From Gemmatimonadales bacterium (lineage in GTDB: Bacteria; Gemmatimonadota; Gemmatimonadetes; Gemmatimonadales; GWC2-71-9): DNA of 64,000 nt. Below the pieces are notes generated by a model. That model was given only the letters and a program-made list of their open reading frames with translations, was not told where the DNA came from and did not search any database. This document shows, piece by piece, positions 45,101 to 52,392 of the stretch. The stretch is from the NCBI GenBank assembly GCA_036262935.1, contig DATAHW010000058.1:6024-70023 (forward strand). The letters are read 5' to 3'. The translations under genes were made by a program, and so were the position numbers. Each line of letters starts with the position of its first letter. The stretch's first letter is position 1.

Positions 45101-45575
45101 CCGGCAGCTTCTCGGTGAACACGCCGTCGATCCGCTGCTTCGAGGTGACCTCGTCGCGCGGCACCAGCGGCTGGGTCTGGGTGACGACGGTGATCTCCTG
45201 GATCTCGACCGCCGTCTGCTCGAGCTGGACGTCCACCGTGATCGTCTGGCCGGCGAGGACCTTCACGCCTTCGACCTGGGTGGACTTGTACCCGATGAAG
45301 GCGGCGCGGACGGCCACCGTGCCGGCGGGGACGTTGTTGATGAAATAGTAGCCCTGAGGGTTGGTGAGGGCGTTGAACGCCGTCCCCACCACATACACCT
45401 GGGCATTGGCGATGGGCGCGCCCGCCTGATCTCGCACCCTGCCTTCGATTTTACCAGTCGAGCCCTGGGCCAGGAGCGAGCCGGCTCCCAGACCCAGCGC
45501 GACTGCCGCGAGCGCGACCGATCGCGAAAGCGATCGCGCGACGCGTGCGAAGGCGCTGACACGGCTTTGCTTCAT
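42195..45575 (-). CDS. TonB-dependent outer-membrane receptor with an N-terminal CarboxypepD_reg domain (SusC/Oar-like, about 1126 aa)
   Basis: I prefer the ATG at 45575, with GGAGG 7 nt upstream. Signal peptide ..GAGSLLA/QGS. The CarboxypepD_reg segment is GKIEGRVRDQAGAPIANAQVYVVGT..GYYFINNVPAGTVAVRAAFIGYKS, followed by the plug (LILQPGVV..ISIRGGR) and a long barrel ending RLGLELNF. Confidence 0.8.
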   Translation of the reverse strand: MKQSRVSAFARVARSLSRSVALAAVALGLGAGSLLAQGSTGKIEGRVRDQAGAPIANAQVYVVGTAFNALTNPQGYYFINNVPAGTVAVRAAFIGYKSTQVEGVKVLAGQTITVDVQLEQTAVEIQEITVVTQTQPLVPRDEVTSKQRIDGVFTEKLPVDRLNSVLILQPGVVAANSSGSAISIRGGRTEEAVTYIDGVPVSPGYRGDSRRGSAGTQIAIGKNSLEEASVTTGSSSAEFGNAQSGVISLSTRTGGDRYSGSLNFETDEPFGVGNSIGFNRVLASLGGPIAKNFTFYVSGSLEGQQSVESGFDSQKFPIFLQAGIDTTLRVPSAVNDPTADTTVVPVYNYAISRGDCDTFANSTNPGIASNYGVDCEGVRVPWSARSTYQLTGKLNYTFGTGSRIALTALSSQFEGRTFRENLDVAGRFLTYGALSTPQNLPAFRNWSNVLTLNWTQNLTRSTERALALDVYLSYQTDRTINGTMTSESELNTRDPFGGFMIKPIDFLFNFDNFPLDDSLLNNYRQNIAGSRRSPYNLENTAQYALTDEWRNNAYGLYNLDEFASVLFPESGGPAGSSRFAQTLVLYRENRYIGKANLDWQFDRYNRLKLGGEFTQYHLDSYSHQLDSQAFSDFYMEKPIRWNAFLEDRLDLGDVVVVGGLRYDRYDTRARRWNGFPRISTNPAFNPTDPQAFFTSDSLFPRDKAHDYLSPHIQVSFPVTDRTNFRFSYAHQVQAPDFGVVLQGINTDLATTNTNNFYGSDLDFGKTITFEFGIRHAFSDDMVLDIAAYNKDNLANAAGRLVSRFDPLRGIDNNLRIITNADFGNTRGVDVRLDRRFGNFFNGTLSYTYQQSKNTGSDPDTYLDFGSRVLNQVSGGNQPPPQAILPTDFNRPHNLALAGALNFPNDWKRGSTLGSVLQNVGLFATFRYTSGTPYTPCAQNAGDEDIVSGDSCNRTFPEPLNSSRLPAYKNLDLRLTKGFTIRGMDLTGYLEARNVLNFKNIIQVFTTTNDVANERERTQNFAADSADYANEADRGGFLLNDGSIDLSFNGATDPRTGCDSWLKQDGSPGSPNCVALIRTEERYGNGDHVFDLNEQRAASNALYDEVRGIHNFTSSPRRFRLGLELNF

Positions 45576-45782
45576 GGATACGTCCTCCAAAGGCGTGAAC
45601 CTGCGCGTACGACCGACTTCCGCGTCGATCACTTCCGGCGGGGAGCGCACACGCCCCCCTGGGCACGGTGGCCCATGTGGCATGCGACAGCTGTGGGATT
45701 ACACCTGCGTCGTGAAGAGGAGTACGATCACGCGGGCATTGCGCCAGCGTGTGCGACGACCGCGGCCCGGTCGACGCCGCCT

Positions 45783-45811
45783 AATATGGAGCGCGCAAAA
45801 TTGCGTGTCAA
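45783..45811 (-). promoter_or_regulatory. Sigma-70-like promoter TTGACA-17 nt-CATATT, about 200 nt upstream of the TonB-dependent receptor start
   Basis: The minus strand reads TTGACACGCAATTTTGCGCGCTCCATATT. The spacer contains the inverted repeat CGCAA-TT-TTGCG. Confidence 0.45.
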
Positions 45812-46047
45812 GCAAATGCCGCGGCGCGAGGCCGGGCGCTCACCATCATGTAACTCTGTTTAGCCCGCGAAGTTGCCTATTGAAACACGATCGGTCGTCA
45901 CGCGGCATCGCGACGGTGCGGTGCGCGGGCGCCGCGAACGAGCGCTCGCGACGAAGGACGGCGGCAACGGTGGTGTGATCGATTCTTCAAATCGGAACCG
46001 CGGACGGACGCGATAGTAACGCCGCCCGGAAGTTTTGGGAAGGGCGG

Positions 46048-47214
46048 CTACCCGGGAACGATCAGCTCGCGCTGCGGCGCACCGGGCGTGACCTCGAGTC
46101 CCGCCGGGTCCCAGTGCATGTTGATCTCGCTGCGCACGCCGAATTCCCCGGGGAGATACACGCCCGGTTCCACCGAGAACCCCACGCCCGGGACGAGCCG
46201 GCGGTCGTCGTGGGTCTCGTAGTCGTCGAGGTGCGGCCCGGAGCCGTGCAGGTCGCGGTCGATCGAATGCCCCGTCCGGTGGACGAACGCGCGCCCGAAC
46301 CCCGCCGCCTCGATGACGCCGCGCGCCGCCCGGTCGGCCTCGTACCCGGCGATGGGCCGCCCCGCCGCCGCCGCGCTCCTGACGGCGGCCACCGCGGCGT
46401 CGCGGGCGGCGCGCACTGTCTCCCACACCAGCTCCACCCGCTCCGGCACCGGGCTCCCGGCGAATCCCATCCAGGTCTGGTCGGCGAACACCGTGTCGAG
46501 ACGCCGCCCGGCCCAGAGGTCGAGCAGCACCACGTCGCCGGTGCGAAGCGTCGCGTCCCGACCGGCGTGCGGCTCGTAGTGCGGATTGGCCGAGTTGGCG
46601 CCGAAGGCGACGATCGGGAAGGTGTCGAACACCAGCCCCCGCGCCTCCGCGGCCGCCACGACGCCCGCCTGCAGCGCGGTCTCGGTTAGACCGGTCCCGC
46701 CCTCCCGCACCGCCCGCGCGAGCGCGGCCCGCGCCACCTCCGCCAGCACCTCCGCGGCGAAGCGGTGGTCGGCCGCCTCCTCGGGCGTCCACCCGGCCGC
46801 GAACCGGCTCACCAGCGCCCCCGAGGGGACCACGGTGGCACCCAGCCGCCGGATCAGCTCGACTACACCGTACGGCACCCGGTCGAGGTACGGCACCGCG
46901 TCGTCGGGCGAGATCTCCATCGCGAGCCGCCGGCCCGCGACGACCGAGCCGAGCGCCGCATGGAGCTCCTCCCACCGGGCGTATGGCACCACTCGCCCGG
47001 GGAAACCCTCCACCGACGCGAGCTCGATCTTGTGCGCCACCGCGACCGGGTCGCCGTCCCGCGGCAGCAGCACGAACAGCCGGCGGGTGTTGAGTCCGCT
47101 GAGGCCCAGCACCCGCGTCGCCACCGGATTGAGCCCGTGAAACGCGTAGAGGAGCCAGGCGTCGGCGCCCGCCTCGGCCAGCGCATCCCGGAGCGCCGCG
47201 CGGTCCGGGATCAT
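46048..47214 (-). CDS. M24 family Xaa-Pro dipeptidase (cytoplasmic)
   Basis: I prefer the ATG at 47214 (MIPDRAAL..). The 870-aa ORF-track call is a run-on. Motifs LLDLWAGRRLDTVFADQTW, HRTGHSIDRDLHGSGP, SVEPGVY..GVRSEINM. Confidence 0.75.
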   Translation of the reverse strand: MIPDRAALRDALAEAGADAWLLYAFHGLNPVATRVLGLSGLNTRRLFVLLPRDGDPVAVAHKIELASVEGFPGRVVPYARWEELHAALGSVVAGRRLAMEISPDDAVPYLDRVPYGVVELIRRLGATVVPSGALVSRFAAGWTPEEAADHRFAAEVLAEVARAALARAVREGGTGLTETALQAGVVAAAEARGLVFDTFPIVAFGANSANPHYEPHAGRDATLRTGDVVLLDLWAGRRLDTVFADQTWMGFAGSPVPERVELVWETVRAARDAAVAAVRSAAAAGRPIAGYEADRAARGVIEAAGFGRAFVHRTGHSIDRDLHGSGPHLDDYETHDDRRLVPGVGFSVEPGVYLPGEFGVRSEINMHWDPAGLEVTPGAPQRELIVPG

Positions 47215-47840
47215 TCGTAGACCTCGGCGGCCGCGCAGCGCCAGACGCAGGCCTCGTCCCCGCGCGAGCGGCAGGCCTCGTGGAGCATGGCGCCCTCGAA
47301 CCCGCTCAGTGAACGGAGCAGCTCGCCGTAGGCGGCACCATAGAACGCGCAGGCCGCGCCGTCCGGAACGGCGAGGATGGAGAGCGGGTCGGCCATGCGC
47401 ACCTCGGTGCCGGTGGCGGGCGCCCGGAGCTCGCCGCCGAACACCTGGCCCGCAAGCCGCGACGCGGCCCGGCGCGAGACCCGTCGGCCCAGTCCGCCGG
47501 GCGACACCCGCGCGAGCGTCCGCGCGGAGCGTCCGCCCGAGCGGACGGCGTGGCGCGCGGCCCGCCGCCCGGCATCGGCGAACACCAGCGCCGCGTCCGG
47601 CCGCCGTCCCACCAGCCGGATCACCGAGACGACCTCGTCGAGCTCGACCGTCCCGTCCCGCTCCGCGGCGGTGCGATAGCGCTGGATCTGCGCCGCCACG
47701 GTGGGGCTCAGTCCCAGCCGGCGCACGACGATCTCTTCGGCGAGCTCGTCGAGTCCGTCCTCGACGGGCGTATCGAGGTTGCGGATCGCCTCGAGCAGAC
47801 TGAGGGGAACGAGCGCGGGGACGGCGGGAGGAGTAGGCAC
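47211..47840 (-). CDS. V4R-domain-like protein (putative small-molecule or hydrocarbon sensor domain), translationally coupled to the M24 peptidase
   Basis: The C-terminus reads ACAFYGAAYGELLRSLSGFEGAMLHEACRSRGDEACVWRC (V4R-like H..C..G...C.W.C). ATGA overlap with the peptidase start. GTG start. Confidence 0.4.
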   Translation of the reverse strand: MPTPPAVPALVPLSLLEAIRNLDTPVEDGLDELAEEIVVRRLGLSPTVAAQIQRYRTAAERDGTVELDEVVSVIRLVGRRPDAALVFADAGRRAARHAVRSGGRSARTLARVSPGGLGRRVSRRAASRLAGQVFGGELRAPATGTEVRMADPLSILAVPDGAACAFYGAAYGELLRSLSGFEGAMLHEACRSRGDEACVWRCAAAEVYE

Positions 47841-47883
47841 GGGAATCGTGCCCGGAAGCTAGCGGGTCCATTACATTCTTTCC

Positions 47884-48456
47884 ATGGCCGAGCCCTCCAC
47901 CGCCGGGCGTCAGTTCAACGCCGAGGCGCTGCCCCATCTCGACGCGCTGTACCGCACCGCGCTCCGGCTCACCGGCGATCCGTCCCAGGCGGAAGACCTG
48001 GTCCAGGATACCATGCTCAAGGCCTACCGGGCATGGCGGCAATACCAGCCGGGAACCAACGCCAAGGGTTGGCTGCTCACCATCCTGCGGAACACGTTCA
48101 TCAACGACTACCGGCGCCGGAAGCTGGAGCCGATCGCCACCGACCTGGAGCTGGTCGAGCCGCATGCCCTCTATCGCGCCATCGAGGACGTCGACCCCGA
48201 GGGCGCGTTCTTCGCCAAGATCGTGGACGAAAAGGTGCTGGAGGCGATCGACGCGCTGCCGCCCGACTTCCGGGAGGTGCTGGTGCTGAGTGATATGGAA
48301 GGGATGAGCTACGGCGAGATCGCGGAGGCGCTCGAGATCCCGGTCGGGACAGTCAAGTCGCGCCTGTTCCGCGCGCGCCGGCTGCTGCAGTCCTCGCTCT
48401 ACGCCTACGCGGTGGAGACGGGAATAATTCCGCCCCGGGAGGATCATGATGGGTGA
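47884..48456 (+). CDS. ECF-type RNA polymerase sigma factor
   Basis: Region 2 (DLVQDTMLKAYRAWRQY..GWLLTILRNTFINDYRR) and region 4 (LPPDFREVLVLSDMEGMSYGEIAEALEIPVGTVKSRLFRAR). Confidence 0.85.
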   Translation: MAEPSTAGRQFNAEALPHLDALYRTALRLTGDPSQAEDLVQDTMLKAYRAWRQYQPGTNAKGWLLTILRNTFINDYRRRKLEPIATDLELVEPHALYRAIEDVDPEGAFFAKIVDEKVLEAIDALPPDFREVLVLSDMEGMSYGEIAEALEIPVGTVKSRLFRARRLLQSSLYAYAVETGIIPPREDHDG

Positions 48457-48697
48457 GCCGATCAACTGCCGCGAGGCGGCGGAACGGCTGCAGGATTTCC
48501 TCAAGCAGGAGCTGACCCCGGAGCTCGAGGCGGAGATGCAGGCGCACCTCGAACGCTGCCGCCCCTGTTTCGACGAGGCGCGGTTCGAGGCCAACTTCGT
48601 GCTCATGCTCGAGGTCCGGGCGCGACGCGTCGAGTGTCCCGCCGCGCTCCGGGCGCGCATCGCCCGCCTGCTCCAGAGCGAGATGGAGCGGGGCTGA
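48446..48697 (+). CDS. Small cytoplasmic zinc-binding anti-sigma factor (ZAS, RsrA-like)
   Basis: 83 aa with no TM segment. It has C8 plus H34-x3-C38-x2-C41 (HLERCRPC at 48545-48568). It overlaps the sigma gene's 3' end. Confidence 0.7.
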   Translation: MMGEPINCREAAERLQDFLKQELTPELEAEMQAHLERCRPCFDEARFEANFVLMLEVRARRVECPAALRARIARLLQSEMERG

Positions 48698-48705
48698 CGG
48701 CGGCG

Positions 48706-49479
48706 GTGCTCCCGTCGATCGCGGCGCTCGCGGCGGGGGCGGTGGCACTGCTCGCCTGGCGGGCGGGTTCGCTGACGGGCGGCGGTGCCGCGGCGGGCTG
48801 GCTGGTCGGCACGCTGGTGCTGGTGGGGACGGGGTGGGCGGGCGGCGCGGTGCTGGCCGCCTTTTTCGTCTCCAGCAGCGTGGTCGGCCGGCTGGCGCCG
48901 GCGCGGCCCTCGCTGGATGCCAAGGGCGAGCGCCGGGACGAACGTCAGGTCGCGGCCAACGGCGGGCCCGCCGCGGCCGGCGCCCTCCTTGGCCTGTGGC
49001 AGCCCTCGCTCGGTCTCTGGATCGTGACCGGGAGCCTGGCCGCCGCGGCCGCCGACACCTGGGCCACCAGCACCGGCGCCTGGAGCCGCGCGGCCCCGCG
49101 ACTGAGGCTCCTCGGGCCGCTGGTCGCTCCGGGAACGAGCGGTGGAATGACGCCGCTGGGCTGTGCCGGCGCGCTGGTCGGCGCGGTGCTCGTGGCGGCT
49201 TCGGGAGCGGCGGCCGGGAGCGCCCCGGCGCTCCTACCCATGGGAACGCTGGTAGGTTTCGCCGGCATGTTCGCCGACTCGGTGCTCGGGTCGGTGTTGC
49301 AGGGCCGCTTCCGCTGCCCCGTGTGCGGGCAAGCCAGCGAGTGGCAGGTGCATCGCTGCGGGGCCCGCACCGTACGGGAGGGAGGGCTGGGATGGCTGGA
49401 CAACGACGGAGTGAACCTCGTGGCCACCTCGCTCGCCGCCGTGCTGGCCGGCGTGGCCTGGCTGGCGTGGCAGCGCTGA
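48706..49479 (+). CDS. DUF92/TMEM19 family integral membrane protein (the family of the plant phytyl-phosphate kinase VTE6)
   Basis: A multi-TM protein with GGGAAAGWLVGTLVL..AAFFVSSSVVGRL and DSVLGSVLQGRFRCPVCG..H.CG..GWLDNDGVNL motifs. The start (GTG 48706) is uncertain. Confidence 0.55.
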   Translation: MLPSIAALAAGAVALLAWRAGSLTGGGAAAGWLVGTLVLVGTGWAGGAVLAAFFVSSSVVGRLAPARPSLDAKGERRDERQVAANGGPAAAGALLGLWQPSLGLWIVTGSLAAAAADTWATSTGAWSRAAPRLRLLGPLVAPGTSGGMTPLGCAGALVGAVLVAASGAAAGSAPALLPMGTLVGFAGMFADSVLGSVLQGRFRCPVCGQASEWQVHRCGARTVREGGLGWLDNDGVNLVATSLAAVLAGVAWLAWQR

Positions 49480-49509
49480 GCCGCCGGCTGCCTGAACCGC
49501 CCGCGTTCG

Positions 49510-50754
49510 ATGACTCCGGGTTTGAGCGCCGGCGCTGAGGGGCGCTCCGCCCTCGACGTGCTGGTTGTCGGCGCGGGGCCGGCGGGCAGTGCCGCCGCGA
49601 CGCTGCTGGCCCGCGCCGGCTACGCGGTGGCCGCGGTGGACCGCGCCGCCTTCCCCCGGGACAAGGCGTGCTCGGAATACATGAGTCCCGAGACGGTCCG
49701 GCTGCTGGACCGGTTGGGCGTAGTCCCGGTGCTCGAGGCGTCCGGGGCCGCGGCCCCGGACGGCACGGTGGTGACCGCCGCGCGGGGGAGCCGGCTCCAC
49801 GGGCGCTTCGTACTGGCCGGCGCGCCGCCGTTCCGCCCCACGGGGCTCGCCGTCTCGCGCCGGGTCCTGGACCACGCGCTCGTCCTGGCCGCGCGCGACG
49901 CGGGAGCCCTGGTGCTGGAGCGCACCGCCGTGGAGGAACTGGTGTACGATCGTGGCGCGGTGGCGGGCGCCGTGGTGCGGGACGCCGGGGGTGCGCGCCG
50001 GGTGCTCCGGGCCCGACTCACCATCGGGGCGGACGGACTCCGCTCGCTCGTCGCCCGGCGGGTCGGCCGGCGGCGGCACGGCCGGCCGCGGCGGCTGGCC
50101 TTCGTGGCCCACATGGATGGCGTCGCCGGCATGGGCGACAGCGCCGAGCTGCACGTCGGCCGCGGCGCCTACGCGGGGCTCAATCCGATCGGCGGCGGGC
50201 GGACCAACGTGGCGCTGGTCGTCAGCACGGAGCTCGCCGCCCGCGCGCGTGGCCGCGTCGAATCCTTCTTCCTCGAGCGCCTGGGCCGGTTCCCCGGGGT
50301 GCACGGGCGCGTGTCGGCCGGCACCTTCACCCGCCCGGTGCTCACCACGGGGCCGTTTGCCGCCTGGTCCGGCCGAGTGGTGGCCGACGGCGCCGCCCTC
50401 GTCGGTGACGCCGCCGATTTCTTCGATCCGTTCACCGGCGAGGGGATCCACAGCGCGCTCCGCGGCGCCATGCTGCTGGCCGACGCCGCCGGCGAGGCGC
50501 TCGCGGACGGCGGGCCGGTGACGGCGCGCCGCCTCGGCGGATACCGCCGCGCCCGGCGTGCGGCGTTCGCCGGCAAATGGGCGGTGGAGCGGCTCATCGG
50601 CTACGGCATGCTGTTCCCGGCGCTCTTCGACCGCGCGGTGGGTCGGCTTGGCCGCCGCGCCGGGATGGCCGACACGCTGATCGGCGTCACCGGAGACTTC
50701 GTCCCCGCGCGCCGGGTGCTCAATCCCGTCTTTCTCGCGAGGATGATTCTCTGA
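49510..50754 (+). CDS. Geranylgeranyl-reductase-family FAD-dependent oxidoreductase
   Basis: DVLVVGAGPAGSAAA, FPRDKACSEYMSP and GDAADFFDPFTGEGIH are typical of the GGR family. No WxWxIP halogenase motif is present. Confidence 0.65.
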   Translation: MTPGLSAGAEGRSALDVLVVGAGPAGSAAATLLARAGYAVAAVDRAAFPRDKACSEYMSPETVRLLDRLGVVPVLEASGAAAPDGTVVTAARGSRLHGRFVLAGAPPFRPTGLAVSRRVLDHALVLAARDAGALVLERTAVEELVYDRGAVAGAVVRDAGGARRVLRARLTIGADGLRSLVARRVGRRRHGRPRRLAFVAHMDGVAGMGDSAELHVGRGAYAGLNPIGGGRTNVALVVSTELAARARGRVESFFLERLGRFPGVHGRVSAGTFTRPVLTTGPFAAWSGRVVADGAALVGDAADFFDPFTGEGIHSALRGAMLLADAAGEALADGGPVTARRLGGYRRARRAAFAGKWAVERLIGYGMLFPALFDRAVGRLGRRAGMADTLIGVTGDFVPARRVLNPVFLARMIL

Positions 50755-51233
50755 ACCGATCCGCCGTCGACGAGTCCCGCTTCCGCCGGTTGCTGGGACG
50801 CTTCGCCACGGGCGTCACCGTCCTCACCGTGCGCGGCCCGCAGGGCCGGCCCGCGGGGATGACCGCGAGCAGCCTCGCCTCGGTGTCGCTGGAGCCGCCG
50901 CTGGTCTCGGTGTGCGTGGACCACGCGGCGGAGCTGCACGACCTCATCGCGGCCGCGCCCGAGTTCGTGGTGAACATCCTCGACAGCGGCCAGGAGGAGC
51001 TGGCCCGGCGATTCTCGCTCCCGCACGAGGACCGCTTCGACGGGGTGGGATACCACATCGGGGCGGAGGGACAGGTCGTCCTCGACGGGACGCTGGCACA
51101 CATCGAGTGCGAGCGGCACGCCCACTATCCCGGCGGGGACCACACGATCATCCTCGGCCGCGTAATCGGCGGCAACACCCGCGACGGGCGCCCGCTCGTC
51201 TATTTCCGCGGCGGATACACCAGCCTCGCATGA
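50751..51233 (+). CDS. Flavin reductase domain protein (DIM6/NTAB family)
   Basis: FRRLLGRFATGVTVLTV..AGMTASSLASVSLEPPLVSVCV..GDHTIILGRV. No ATG, GTG or TTG precedes the conserved N-terminus in frame, so the start is uncertain. A CTG at 50751 or another form of coupling to the upstream gene is possible. Confidence 0.6.
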   Translation: MNRSAVDESRFRRLLGRFATGVTVLTVRGPQGRPAGMTASSLASVSLEPPLVSVCVDHAAELHDLIAAAPEFVVNILDSGQEELARRFSLPHEDRFDGVGYHIGAEGQVVLDGTLAHIECERHAHYPGGDHTIILGRVIGGNTRDGRPLVYFRGGYTSLA

Positions 51234-51934
51234 CCAGCGAGCCCCTGACCCTGAGCCCCGTCGGCACCGAGCTGCTCGACGATCCGGCCGCCGATCCCGG
51301 CGCGGTCACCGAGTCGCTGCGCAACATCGCCCGCGCGAACCGCTGGTTCGGCGGCGCGGCCGCCGTCCGGCACGGGCTGGCCCGCGCCCTGACCGGGGTG
51401 CCGGCGGGCACCACGCTGACACTCACCGACCTCGGCACCGGCCTCGGCGACCTGCCGCGCGCCGCCGCGCGCTGGGGCGCACGGCGCGGCCTCCGGCTGC
51501 TGCCCGTCGGCCTCGAGCGGAGCCGCGTGGCTGCCCGCCTTGCCCGGGACGGCGGAGTGCCGAGCGCGGTGGGATGCGCCGGCGCGCCGCCGTTCGGCGA
51601 GAAATCGGTGGACCTGGTGCTCGTGAGCCAGGTGGCGCACCACCTGGCGCCGGCGTCGGTCGTGCGCCTCTTCCGCGCGTGCGACCGCCTGGCGCGGCGC
51701 GCCGTCATCGTGGCCGACCTCCGCCGCGGCCCGCTCGGTCCGCTCGTGTTCCGGGTCGGCGCGCGCGTGCTCCGCTTCGATGCCAACACCGTCTCGGACG
51801 GGGTCACCTCGCTCCGCCGGGGCTACACCGCCGGAGAGCTGCGTGCGCTGCTCGCGGCGGCGGGCGTGGACGGCACGGTCGAGCGCCGGCCGGGCTACCG
51901 CCTGGTGGCGGTGTGGCGGCCGCGGCCGGCGTGA
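51230..51934 (+). CDS. SAM-dependent methyltransferase
   Basis: ATGA overlap with the upstream gene. Motif I-like LTLTDLGTGLGDL and post-I LVLVSQVAHHL. 234 aa. Confidence 0.55.
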   Translation: MTSEPLTLSPVGTELLDDPAADPGAVTESLRNIARANRWFGGAAAVRHGLARALTGVPAGTTLTLTDLGTGLGDLPRAAARWGARRGLRLLPVGLERSRVAARLARDGGVPSAVGCAGAPPFGEKSVDLVLVSQVAHHLAPASVVRLFRACDRLARRAVIVADLRRGPLGPLVFRVGARVLRFDANTVSDGVTSLRRGYTAGELRALLAAAGVDGTVERRPGYRLVAVWRPRPA

Positions 51935-52392
51935 TGCGTACCGTGGATCGCAGCCGGATGCGCGCACCCGTCGAGCGGGTGCTCGCCGCGGCCGTAGACG
52001 TGGAACGCTGGCCGGCGCTGCTGCCCCACTACCGCCGAGTCCGGATGCTCGAGCGGCGGACGGACGGCGGCCTGGTCGAGATGGCCGCGTGGCGCCCGTT
52101 CGGGCCGCTCAATTATCCGACCTGGTGGGTGTCCGAGATGCGGGTGGACCGGGCGGCGCGGGCGGTGCACTACCGCCACGTCCGCGGGATCACAGCAGGC
52201 ATGGACGTGGTCTGGCGGCTGGAGCCGGCGGGCGATGACACCGAGGTGACGATCGTGCACGACTGGGCCGGGCCGCCGTGGCCCGTCGTCGGGGGCGCCG
52301 CGGCAGCATGGGTGATCGGCCCCGTCTTCATTCACGGAATCGCGTCGCGGACCCTGGCGGGCATCCGGCGGGCGGTGGAGGCAGGACCATGA
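51934..52392 (+). CDS. SRPBCC (START/polyketide cyclase-dehydrase-like) protein
   Basis: 152 aa. VERVLAAAVDVERWPALLPHY.. is typical of the SRPBCC N-terminus. It overlaps the stops and starts of both neighbouring genes. Confidence 0.5.
   Translation: MRTVDRSRMRAPVERVLAAAVDVERWPALLPHYRRVRMLERRTDGGLVEMAAWRPFGPLNYPTWWVSEMRVDRAARAVHYRHVRGITAGMDVVWRLEPAGDDTEVTIVHDWAGPPWPVVGGAAAAWVIGPVFIHGIASRTLAGIRRAVEAGP

Noticed and set aside
45576-45782. A cobalamin or other known riboswitch in the long leader of the TonB-dependent receptor.
   Set aside because: I found no B12-box-like GCCACTG on the transcribed strand and could not fit any riboswitch consensus from memory. The region is kept only as an unassigned leader in the findings.
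46048-48660. An 870-aa ORF spanning the M24 peptidase, the V4R gene region and the antisense strand of the ECF sigma gene.
   Set aside because: Only the last 388 codons (from the ATG at 47214) look like a protein. The upstream part is Arg/Pro-rich read-through overlapping two better-supported genes.
49510-51233. The GGR-like flavoprotein plus flavin reductase interpreted as a two-component flavin-dependent halogenase.
   Set aside because: The 414-aa protein lacks a WxWxIP motif. It carries geranylgeranyl-reductase-type motifs instead (FPRDKAC, GDAADFFDPFTGEGI).
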